Positions 33,968 to 41,652 of a stretch of 46,358 nucleotides of DNA are shown here, in pieces. A program made the position numbers and the translations under genes. This DNA is from a virus (taxonomy: Duplodnaviria > Caudoviricetes), in the IMG/VR virus record IMGVR_UViG_3300031820_000008, positions 1 through 46,358 of that record; one strand, written 5' to 3'. Under the pieces are notes generated by a model. That model had not been told where the DNA came from. It saw only the letters and a program-made list of their open reading frames with translations, and did no database searches. The first letter of the stretch is position 1. The number at the start of each line of letters is the position of its first letter.

Positions 33968-34306
33968 ATGGAAACACCGGAAGGACCCAATCGATCAGAG
34001 CCTATTGCTGACGTGGTTACGTTCCCTAGCGGTGCAAAACGGAGCGGCACCCGGCTCCGATACGACCTCATCCCCGCGTGCGCGCTCCGCCGTATCGCAG
34101 CCCGCTTTGCCCTGGGAGCAGGCGCGTACGGAGACCGTAATTGGGAACAAGGACTCCCCTTCAGCGACACCTTCAACCACATCATCGAACACCTCCTCAC
34201 ACACGCCGAACAACGCGCCAACGAAACCGACGATAACCTTGCTGCCGCCGCGTGGGGGTGCATAGCCCTTATGTGGCTGGAAGAAAACGACAAAGCCACA
34301 CCATGA
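33968..34306 (+). CDS. dATP/dGTP diphosphohydrolase-domain protein (DUF5664-like)
   Basis: SGAKR....RYDLIP..AL..IA.....GA..YG.RNWEQG.P.S...NH...HL......DD.LAAA.W. Confidence 0.8.
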   Translation: METPEGPNRSEPIADVVTFPSGAKRSGTRLRYDLIPACALRRIAARFALGAGAYGDRNWEQGLPFSDTFNHIIEHLLTHAEQRANETDDNLAAAAWGCIALMWLEENDKATP

Positions 34307-34614
34307 CATTCAACCGCTACCGCGAATCACAGCACTGGCTCATCGCGGCCCAAATAAACACGCACAACCTCGACGCACATAGCATCGTCACAAACACACC
34401 CGACGAGTTCAACACGCTCCTAGACCTATTCTTCGACGACCTGTCCGCCTTGCTGGAGGAAAAGATCAATGCGCGTCTCCTACACCTTCGAACTTCCAAT
34501 GGGCCACCGCCTTCACCGCCACAAGGGGAAGTGCCGGTTCCTTCACGGCCACAACTACCTAATCACCGTAACACTGCACGGCGCAATCGAACCAACAAGC
34601 GGAATGATCATTGA
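34303..34614 (+). CDS. Hypothetical protein
   Basis: ATGA-coupled; the C-terminal third overlaps queD. Confidence 0.45.
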   Translation: MTFNRYRESQHWLIAAQINTHNLDAHSIVTNTPDEFNTLLDLFFDDLSALLEEKINARLLHLRTSNGPPPSPPQGEVPVPSRPQLPNHRNTARRNRTNKRNDH

Positions 34615-34870
34615 CTTCCACGAGCTCAAGGAGGCGTGCCGCACCGTGTTCGACGAGTACGATCACGCCTTCTGCCTGGAAGAGGGTGATCCGTTCTTCA
34701 CACTGCACCCCAACCTTGACGAACTGAACATCAAGATCCTAGACGTCCCGCCCACGGCGGAGAACCTCGCCGTCCTCTGGCGCGACGAACTGATCGTCAC
34801 TCTCAAAGCTCACGAACGCTCCGTCCACGTGGACGTGCATGAAACACGAGATTGTGCCGCCCACACTTAG
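34469..34870 (+). CDS. queD: 6-carboxy-5,6,7,8-tetrahydropterin synthase
   Basis: GHRL..H.GKC..LHGHNY, GMIIDF..LK, DH, PTAENLA and ET motifs. Confidence 0.95.
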   Translation: MRVSYTFELPMGHRLHRHKGKCRFLHGHNYLITVTLHGAIEPTSGMIIDFHELKEACRTVFDEYDHAFCLEEGDPFFTLHPNLDELNIKILDVPPTAENLAVLWRDELIVTLKAHERSVHVDVHETRDCAAHT

Positions 34871-34878
34871 GAGTACCC

Positions 34879-35517
34879 ATGACACCCAAGAAGTACCCTA
34901 TCGCCGAGCGCTTCTATAGCCTCCAGGGCGAAGGCGTCTACACTGGTCGTCCTGCCGCGTTCCTCCGCCTCGTCGGCTGCAGTGTAGGTAAAGGCGTGTG
35001 CACGCACTGTGACACCGACTTCGACCGCATTCTGCCCGATCTGGGCGGCGGCATGTACAGCGAGCTAGACCTGCTGTACTACTGCCGCGACTACCACCAC
35101 GTCGTCCTAACGGGCGGCGAGCCCCTAGACCGTGATCTCACCTCTCTGCTACACGGTCTCATCGCCGAAGGCCACTTCGTCCAGATCGAGACTAGCGGTA
35201 CGCGCCACCCGGACTGGCTCGAGGCGTTCCCCGAAGTTTGGATCACGGTATCACCCAAGCCCGGGTACCTGCCGGAGATGATCGCACGCGCTAACGAGCT
35301 TAAAGTGATCCACAACGGTCTGGGCGAGTCCACTAACGGATGGCCTACAATCGAGGATGCTAACAGATGGGCACTCACAAAGGTCGTGTTCCTGCAACCA
35401 AGAAACTTCACGAGCCACGTGAACTTCGAAGCGATGAAGTTCGCCCAATCAGTGGTACAGAAGAACCCGGGGTTGCGACTGAGCGTACAGCTCCACAAGT
35501 TCCTCTCGGTAAGATAA
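34879..35517 (+). CDS. queE: 7-carboxy-7-deazaguanine synthase (radical SAM)
   Basis: IAERFYSLQGEG..TG.PA.FLRL.GC......C..CDT, VLTGGEP, IETSGT, TVSPK, RLSVQLHK. Confidence 0.95.
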   Translation: MTPKKYPIAERFYSLQGEGVYTGRPAAFLRLVGCSVGKGVCTHCDTDFDRILPDLGGGMYSELDLLYYCRDYHHVVLTGGEPLDRDLTSLLHGLIAEGHFVQIETSGTRHPDWLEAFPEVWITVSPKPGYLPEMIARANELKVIHNGLGESTNGWPTIEDANRWALTKVVFLQPRNFTSHVNFEAMKFAQSVVQKNPGLRLSVQLHKFLSVR

Positions 35518-36053
35518 ACCCCGCCATCATCGCAGGTGGCGTCCGTCTTATCCTGGAGGGAATCGGCGTTGACCCCTACAGCGAGCACTACCTCGACACT
35601 CCCGACCGCGTGGCGAGGATGTACACAGAACTGTTCACCCCGCCACCGGCCACTCTCGCTACGTACCCAACCAAGAACGGAGGTCTCATTGTACTTCGCA
35701 ACCACCGGTTGTTCGGCGTATGCCCGCATCACCTCCTACCCTTCGAGATGCGCGTGCACATCGGATACATCGCCAACAAATACCTCATCGGACTCTCCAA
35801 GCTCGCCCGAATCGCCGAGGCCCAGCTCACACGGCCAATCCTGCAGGAAGACTTCACGAACGCCGTCGCAGACGACCTCCAGCGCCGGACCGACGCGCAT
35901 GGATCCGGTGTCGTAGTGGCCAGCGAACACGGCTGCATGCAGTGCCGCGGCGTCCGTACCACAGGGGACATCGTCACCAGCTCTATGCACGGCGTCCTTC
36001 TCCTATTCGAAGCCCCTCGTCTCGAGTTCATGTCTATCATCGGGAGGCCCTAA
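35514..36053 (+). CDS. folE: GTP cyclohydrolase I
   Basis: TPDRVARMY.E, CPHHLLPF, GLSKLAR, LQE and HGCM.CRG motifs. Homology begins at ATA 35514, which overlaps the queE TAA. Confidence 0.92.
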   Translation: MNPAIIAGGVRLILEGIGVDPYSEHYLDTPDRVARMYTELFTPPPATLATYPTKNGGLIVLRNHRLFGVCPHHLLPFEMRVHIGYIANKYLIGLSKLARIAEAQLTRPILQEDFTNAVADDLQRRTDAHGSGVVVASEHGCMQCRGVRTTGDIVTSSMHGVLLLFEAPRLEFMSIIGRP

Positions 36054-36054
36054 C

Positions 36055-36255
36055 ATGATGTTCGGTACAGTGAAGCGTCTGGTCCGCGAAAAAGGCTTCG
36101 GCTTCATTCGCACAACCGACGGAGTCGAGTGGTTCTTCCATCGCTCCGAAGCGCGTGAGTTCGACACCATGACCGAAGGCAACCGCGTCACGTTCCAGGA
36201 AACCGAAGGCACCAAGGGACCCCGCGCGGTGGGAGTAGAACGTGTCGAAGCCTGA
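36055..36255 (+). CDS. Cold-shock domain protein
   Basis: GTVK....KGFGFI....G..FFH.S...EG..V.F....G.KGPRA..V. Confidence 0.92.
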   Translation: MMFGTVKRLVREKGFGFIRTTDGVEWFFHRSEAREFDTMTEGNRVTFQETEGTKGPRAVGVERVEA

Positions 36256-38656
36256 CACCTGTATTGGGTGCCCTCTGTACGACTCCCCCCACGCTCCTGA
36301 GATAGTGTGGGGGGAAGGGCCCCAACCAGCACAGCTCCTCATCGTCGGCGAGGCGCCGGGAGCCGAGGAACAAGCTACCCTACGCCCCTTCGTCGGTGGC
36401 GCGGGCCGCGTCCTGTCTGTGCAGCTCCGCCAAGCGGGGATCGATCGCAGCGCTGCCTATGTCACTAACGCAGTCAAATGCCGCCCTGTGGTGATGGTGA
36501 ACAAGTATGGCACGCCACAACCCGAAAACAGGCCCCCAACCGAAGACGAACTCCGGCACTGCGCCCGTTACCTCGCCCACGAACTCGATACCGTCAAACC
36601 TAACCTTGTACTCGCCTTGGGGAACACCCCCCTTTACGTTCTCACAGGCCGAACTAAAATCAGCCAACAGCGTGGAGTTCCACTTGCAGCCCCCCGAGCC
36701 GACGGCACCATCCAAAAAGTCTTCGCCACCATCCACCCCGCAGCAATCATGCGGGACCAAGAAATGTGGCCCGTCGTCATCCACGACCTCGTCAGGGCGA
36801 AGGCCGAAACGGCCTCGCCAACGATCCACCGTGTGGAAGTACAACTTGTCACCGACGCAGACCCTCTGGTTGCTGGAGCAAATCTACTCGAGCGTGCTCG
36901 TCGCACAGGCGTCGTCAATATCGACATCGAAACCACCGGCACGAGCGGAGGACTTGCGGGTGCCCTCGATCCGCGTACCAATATCATTGTCTGTGCAGCC
37001 GCTGCCACCGGACCTGATCTCGGTGAAAGTTACCGTTGGACCCCAGAGGCTGCGGGAGTCTTTCGCGCCCTTCTTGCGGACCCTCACATCGAGAAAGAAG
37101 GACAAAACTCCGAACAGTTCGACTGGGAAGTCTTCATCGCCAAAGGCTACCTGGTAAACGGCCGCACGTTCGACACGATGCAGGCGGCTCACCTCCTAAA
37201 CAGCTCCCTACCTAAGGATCTGGGCTTCCTGATGACGCTGTACACGGACATGGAGTACCACAAGAACGAGGCCCGGAAAAACCTCTACCTGTACAACGCC
37301 AAGGACGCGGTCGGGGCTCGCCGGATCGGCATTGAGCAGCGGCAGGAGCTTCGGTACTACGGGCTAGAGGAACTCTACTACAACATCGTCCAGCCCGTCC
37401 AACGCCCGCTCCGACAGATGACCCGCGTTGGATGGCGCAAGGACACGCGCCGCGCCGCCATGTACAGTCTCCTGCTCACCCGTAAGTCCGAGGAGTACAC
37501 ACAGAAGCTCATCGGCGTGTTCGGGCCGGCCCTGAACTTGGACTCGCCGCAACAGCTCATGTCGATCCTGTACGACAAGCTCGGCCTCCCGGTTCAGTAC
37601 ACGAAGGATCAGAAGACCCGCCAGATGCGCCCTACGGCCAACAAAGAGGCCCTGGACAACCTCGCCGAACTTACCCAGGACCCCATTTTCCAACTCATTC
37701 ACCGGAGGCGCAGCCTTGACAAAGCGCGAGAGACGTTCATCGAAGTCTACGAAGACGACGAAGGGTTCGTCCACCCTGAGTTTGGCACATCCACTGCGGC
37801 GAACGGGAGACTTAACAGTTGGAACCCGAACGGGCAAAACATTCCTCTCGAGTACCGTGACATTTACATCCCCGACTCACCTGCTCACGTACTTATCGGC
37901 GCTGATTGGAAGCAAGTCGAGTGGGCATGTGCGATGGTCCTCTCAGGTGACGACACAGGTCTCAGGCTCCTTGCGGAAGGTGCAGATAACCATACAATCA
38001 CCGCCGCCGAATGCTATGGAATATCAACTGATGAAGTCCTTCGCCTCGATCGCGAACACGGTGGGACGCATGGGTCGCCGCGGTTCGCCACTAAGTTCAT
38101 CGTTTATGGCCTGGGTTACGGCAGGGGTGCTAAAGACATCGCAAAGCAGCTCAACCGGCCGGTCTCGTGGGTCGAGCAGTTCATGGCCCGGTTCTTCCGC
38201 AAGTACCCGACGTACGCGCTATGGCGTGCGTGGTGTGAGAAACAAGTTGAACTGAACGCGTGCCTGATCAACCCGTGGGGACGCCGACGGTGGTGGTATA
38301 CCAAGCAGATAACCGAGATGTACAACTTCCTGCCATCGAGCACACCCGCGGACATGATGATGCAGGCCATCAAGTACACCGACATCGAGCTCCCCCGCGA
38401 AGCACGGCTCTGGGCCACGATCCACGACGACCTTACTATCTGCGCCCCCAAGGACGTAGCACGCGAGGCGTACCACTGCCTTCGGGACAACATGCGTCGT
38501 GTGTGGCGTGCTGTCCGTGACGCGTCGCAGTACCCCAAGACGGTGGACAAGTACTTCCCCGATGGTTGGTTCTGTGACGTCGACATCCACATCGGTGCGA
38601 ACTGGAAGGAATGCAAGAAGGGTAACAAGGACCTAGAAAGGAGTCTCCTGGGATGA
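36242..38656 (+). CDS. polA: DNA polymerase family A with N-terminal family-4 uracil-DNA-glycosylase-like domain and 3'-5' exonuclease
   Basis: UDG: C..CPL, IVGEAPG.EE...RPFVG.AG, TNAVKCRP, T.HPA. Exonuclease: DIETTG, FD, YNAKDA. Polymerase: GRLNS.NPNGQNIP, motif A ADWKQVE, motif B R..TKFIVYGLGYG, motif C IHDD. Confidence 0.92.
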   Translation: MSKPDTCIGCPLYDSPHAPEIVWGEGPQPAQLLIVGEAPGAEEQATLRPFVGGAGRVLSVQLRQAGIDRSAAYVTNAVKCRPVVMVNKYGTPQPENRPPTEDELRHCARYLAHELDTVKPNLVLALGNTPLYVLTGRTKISQQRGVPLAAPRADGTIQKVFATIHPAAIMRDQEMWPVVIHDLVRAKAETASPTIHRVEVQLVTDADPLVAGANLLERARRTGVVNIDIETTGTSGGLAGALDPRTNIIVCAAAATGPDLGESYRWTPEAAGVFRALLADPHIEKEGQNSEQFDWEVFIAKGYLVNGRTFDTMQAAHLLNSSLPKDLGFLMTLYTDMEYHKNEARKNLYLYNAKDAVGARRIGIEQRQELRYYGLEELYYNIVQPVQRPLRQMTRVGWRKDTRRAAMYSLLLTRKSEEYTQKLIGVFGPALNLDSPQQLMSILYDKLGLPVQYTKDQKTRQMRPTANKEALDNLAELTQDPIFQLIHRRRSLDKARETFIEVYEDDEGFVHPEFGTSTAANGRLNSWNPNGQNIPLEYRDIYIPDSPAHVLIGADWKQVEWACAMVLSGDDTGLRLLAEGADNHTITAAECYGISTDEVLRLDREHGGTHGSPRFATKFIVYGLGYGRGAKDIAKQLNRPVSWVEQFMARFFRKYPTYALWRAWCEKQVELNACLINPWGRRRWWYTKQITEMYNFLPSSTPADMMMQAIKYTDIELPREARLWATIHDDLTICAPKDVAREAYHCLRDNMRRVWRAVRDASQYPKTVDKYFPDGWFCDVDIHIGANWKECKKGNKDLERSLLG

Positions 38657-39405
38657 AACTCGCTCTAGAAATCCCCGTCAGCATGCTCCCGGACATTATT
38701 CCGCTCACGGACATGAGTTTCACGCTAACACACATGGTCCTCCAAAACGACACTTACCGGGAGTTCTACGAACACCACAACCGACATCACGGCGACTGTA
38801 TCCTTGACAACAGCATGCACGAACTCAATCACCAACCTATGACTCCTGAGGACATCCTGGAGGCGGCCTCGGCCATCCGTCCCACATATATCATTCCGCC
38901 GGACACTCTCGGCGACTCCAAGTATACGTGGGAGGCGTACAAACGCTTCACGAAGCAGGCTCACGGCCGATACCACCTGATGCCTGCGATTCAGGGAAAG
39001 GACTACATCGAACGACGCGATCTGTTCCGACAGTACTGTAACGTCGGCGCTGCAGCCATCGCTCTGCCGTACCGTTCGCCGCGGCTCGACACGTTCCGTC
39101 AACTGTTACACGAGGTCGGAACTGTCCGCCGCGCCTGGCCAGGGAACGGACGGATTCACCTCCTCGGTATGAACACAATAACCGAGCTCATCGAGTTCCG
39201 CAACATCTTCGTTGACCTCGACTGGCCACGTGACTTCCTTAGCCTCGACACAGCGAAGCCAATCAAGTGGGGTCTACAGGACCGCCTTCTGGAGAACCTG
39301 CAAGACACCCACGGAGGAGGACTTGTGCCGCCTGATGTAGCGAACTGGACATCGCACGACGCCGCAGTCTACCGAAACATTGCGTACCTGCGCAAATTCC
39401 TATGA
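38653..39405 (+). CDS. TGT-fold protein, candidate divergent DpdA (7-deazaguanine insertion enzyme)
   Basis: ILDNS..EL, IPPD.LGD, MPAIQG, IHLLG and SLDT motifs, in the order seen in tRNA-guanine transglycosylase/DpdA folds; clustered with queCDE-folE. Confidence 0.65.
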   Translation: MKLALEIPVSMLPDIIPLTDMSFTLTHMVLQNDTYREFYEHHNRHHGDCILDNSMHELNHQPMTPEDILEAASAIRPTYIIPPDTLGDSKYTWEAYKRFTKQAHGRYHLMPAIQGKDYIERRDLFRQYCNVGAAAIALPYRSPRLDTFRQLLHEVGTVRRAWPGNGRIHLLGMNTITELIEFRNIFVDLDWPRDFLSLDTAKPIKWGLQDRLLENLQDTHGGGLVPPDVANWTSHDAAVYRNIAYLRKFL

Positions 39406-39414
39406 GCCCCATCT

Positions 39415-40794
39415 GTGCCGTCCAACATACCGCTCTCACAACAGATCTTTCTGTTGCAGAGGCATCTAGAGCTGCATGCCGACAGCACCATGTCGGACCC
39501 GAACTTCTCCACGATCACGGAGTGGGTCCGTCAAGTCCCACCTGCGGCACGGTCAGCCTCCCTCACGGAGCTACTGTGTCGGAAGTTTCACATCACAGAG
39601 GAGGCACTGACACACCTACTCAACACAACCAACCACCGCAGCGACTTCGACTCACTCGTACCACGTAACGGATACTTTCGTGACTACATCGAATTCACGC
39701 GCACAACAGAACCACCAACGGTCTTCCACTTTTTTGTGGCCGCAACCACGCTTGGGACTACCTTGGCTCGTAACGTTCGGTTCAACAAAGGCTCCTACTT
39801 CGTCTTCCCGAACCTTTGCTGTGTACTGGTCGCTCCTTCGGGACGGTGTCGTAAAACGAGTGCTTGTAATATCGGTGTATCACTATACCGATCCATTGGC
39901 GGAACTATACTCGCAGACAAAACAACGCCGGAAGCGCTGGTGGAAGCCTTTCGCGATGCCACCTCCGCAGTGGGACTACTGTACGCGCCTGAGCTTGCAG
40001 TGTTCCTGGGGAAGCAGAAGTATCAGGAGGGTATGGTACCTCTACTAACGTCGCTGTTCGACTGTCCCACGGAGTGGAGCAGCAAAACGATCGGTCGGGG
40101 CGACGCGCAGCTGCACAACGTCGCACTCAGTCTGCTCGCCGCTTCCACAATGGACTGGATCCAAACCGGCATTCCGCGTGACGCCTTCGGAGGGGGCTTC
40201 ATGTCACGCCTTCTGTTCGTAATCCAGAACGACACTCCGCGCAGCTTCCCGTTGCCCCCACCTATGGACGAGACGCTACGCGCTCAGCTCCTAACCCTGT
40301 TACGTGAGGCACAGGACTATCGCGGGGAGTTCACGATGAACCCCGCAGGAAGGATTTGGTATGAGGACTGGTACAACGAGCGTGCAGACAATCGTGTTGA
40401 TGAGAGACACTTTGCCGGATATTACGAGCGTAAGCCTGACCAACTCATCCGAGTGGCTATGCTACTGGCCGCAGCCTCAGGCCATGACCAGACACTCACC
40501 CCTGAGCTACTACAACATGGGCTCAATATACTCGATCACCTGGAACTCTCCCTGCCTGCTGCCTTCGATTCTATGGCTCAGAATGCAGTCGGGGAAGATA
40601 CCTCCCGTCTACTAAAGCAACTCCGTAACCGTGGCGGTCAACTCGACCACAGCACGTGGCTCCGCCTTAACAGCAGCCGTATGAACGCCCGTCTGTTCCG
40701 TGAAGCCGTCGATACACTCCGGCTCGCAGGCTTCGTGGAACAGGACGTTAAGACGCATCTCTACTATCTCACGCCGGAGGGCTGGAACCACTAA
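39415..40794 (+). CDS. DUF3987-type P-loop helicase (replication)
   Basis: TEPP..FH, PNL..VLVAPSG.CRKT, TPEAL, ELAVFLG, LT.LFD, AAST..W and GGGF.SRLLFV motifs. Confidence 0.75.
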   Translation: MPSNIPLSQQIFLLQRHLELHADSTMSDPNFSTITEWVRQVPPAARSASLTELLCRKFHITEEALTHLLNTTNHRSDFDSLVPRNGYFRDYIEFTRTTEPPTVFHFFVAATTLGTTLARNVRFNKGSYFVFPNLCCVLVAPSGRCRKTSACNIGVSLYRSIGGTILADKTTPEALVEAFRDATSAVGLLYAPELAVFLGKQKYQEGMVPLLTSLFDCPTEWSSKTIGRGDAQLHNVALSLLAASTMDWIQTGIPRDAFGGGFMSRLLFVIQNDTPRSFPLPPPMDETLRAQLLTLLREAQDYRGEFTMNPAGRIWYEDWYNERADNRVDERHFAGYYERKPDQLIRVAMLLAAASGHDQTLTPELLQHGLNILDHLELSLPAAFDSMAQNAVGEDTSRLLKQLRNRGGQLDHSTWLRLNSSRMNARLFREAVDTLRLAGFVEQDVKTHLYYLTPEGWNH

Positions 40795-40795
40795 C

Positions 40796-41227
40796 ATGTT
40801 CGGACGATTCTTCAACGCTTCGTATCAACCCCCCGTATGGCGACGCATTCGCATCAAGGACGGGGCCCCCAAAACTGTCGAGGCACGTCTGGAGGACATC
40901 CGTACGTTCTACGCGGGGTTCAAGATCACTGACGAGATGCTCTCCTCGGACGAGTTTATCCGCCTACTCGACGATGTGAGCTTCCTCGGTCAAACCCTAC
41001 TCCACGTCATCAATCAAGGAGAGTTCGGTGTCCAAAAAACCACACCGGGGCCAGCAGAGGCAGATCCTCAGCCTGCAGTCACGACTCCACCAGACGGAAA
41101 AGGAACGAGCACAGTTCCTCCAGGTGTTAGTACTCTTAGCCAACGACAAGCCAATCAGAATCCCATTGGAACTGCTAACGTCGTTTCCCCCGAAGGCGGC
41201 ACTCCGGGTCCAGGTACAAGGAAATGA
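40796..41227 (+). CDS. Hypothetical protein
   Basis: ATG 1 nt after the helicase stop; low-complexity tail overlaps the next ORF. Confidence 0.5.
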   Translation: MFGRFFNASYQPPVWRRIRIKDGAPKTVEARLEDIRTFYAGFKITDEMLSSDEFIRLLDDVSFLGQTLLHVINQGEFGVQKTTPGPAEADPQPAVTTPPDGKGTSTVPPGVSTLSQRQANQNPIGTANVVSPEGGTPGPGTRK

Positions 41228-41462
41228 ACTAGTGTTGGAGTCTATCGATGAATCAATGGGAATCACTGGCGAGGTCGCTCCACTACAACACGGAACAGGA
41301 GATGTGGACCAACCTGTACCTGAACAAGAACCTGAGCATAGCGAACCTGTCAGCACGGTTCGCGTGCGCGCCGCATACAATCCGGATGCGCCTGAAGAAG
41401 GCGGGGGTAACAATGCGTCCCCGAGGAGGGGAGAACAACATAAAGTACGAGGTGACTCCTGA
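41028..41462 (+). CDS. Hypothetical protein
   Basis: AAGGAG SD before GTG; globular N-terminal half and acidic tail. Confidence 0.5.
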   Translation: MSKKPHRGQQRQILSLQSRLHQTEKERAQFLQVLVLLANDKPIRIPLELLTSFPPKAALRVQVQGNELVLESIDESMGITGEVAPLQHGTGDVDQPVPEQEPEHSEPVSTVRVRAAYNPDAPEEGGGNNASPRRGEQHKVRGDS

Positions 41463-41652
41463 ACTGGAAGCGGAGATCGATCGGGACGGGGTCGCTGCGG
41501 TGGCAGAGCGCCTACATGTAACAGTGCAGGCGCTCTACCGTCGTGTGTACTACAAACGGGGTCGGCACCGTCGCTCTACGGCTGTGCAGGAGGCATCCCC
41601 AGAAACCGCTTTATCGCCGTCGGAATGTCCTCCTGAGAAATCGCGTCAATAG
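41248..41652 (+). CDS. Tandem HTH DNA-binding protein (candidate late regulator)
   Basis: LY....LSI..LS.RF.....TIR.RLKKAGV..RPRGG and a second HTH VAAVAERLHVTVQALYRR; GGAG SD; last gene of the replication operon. Confidence 0.65.
   Translation: MNQWESLARSLHYNTEQEMWTNLYLNKNLSIANLSARFACAPHTIRMRLKKAGVTMRPRGGENNIKYEVTPELEAEIDRDGVAAVAERLHVTVQALYRRVYYKRGRHRRSTAVQEASPETALSPSECPPEKSRQ

Noticed and set aside
35367-35513. ATG 35367 as the folE start
   Set aside because: It adds 49 non-homologous residues overlapping the conserved queE C-terminus.
40796-41652. Alternative genetic code as the cause of the long gene overlaps
   Set aside because: TAA, TAG and TGA all terminate conserved genes at the expected places, and no single sense codon recurs where the overlaps begin.
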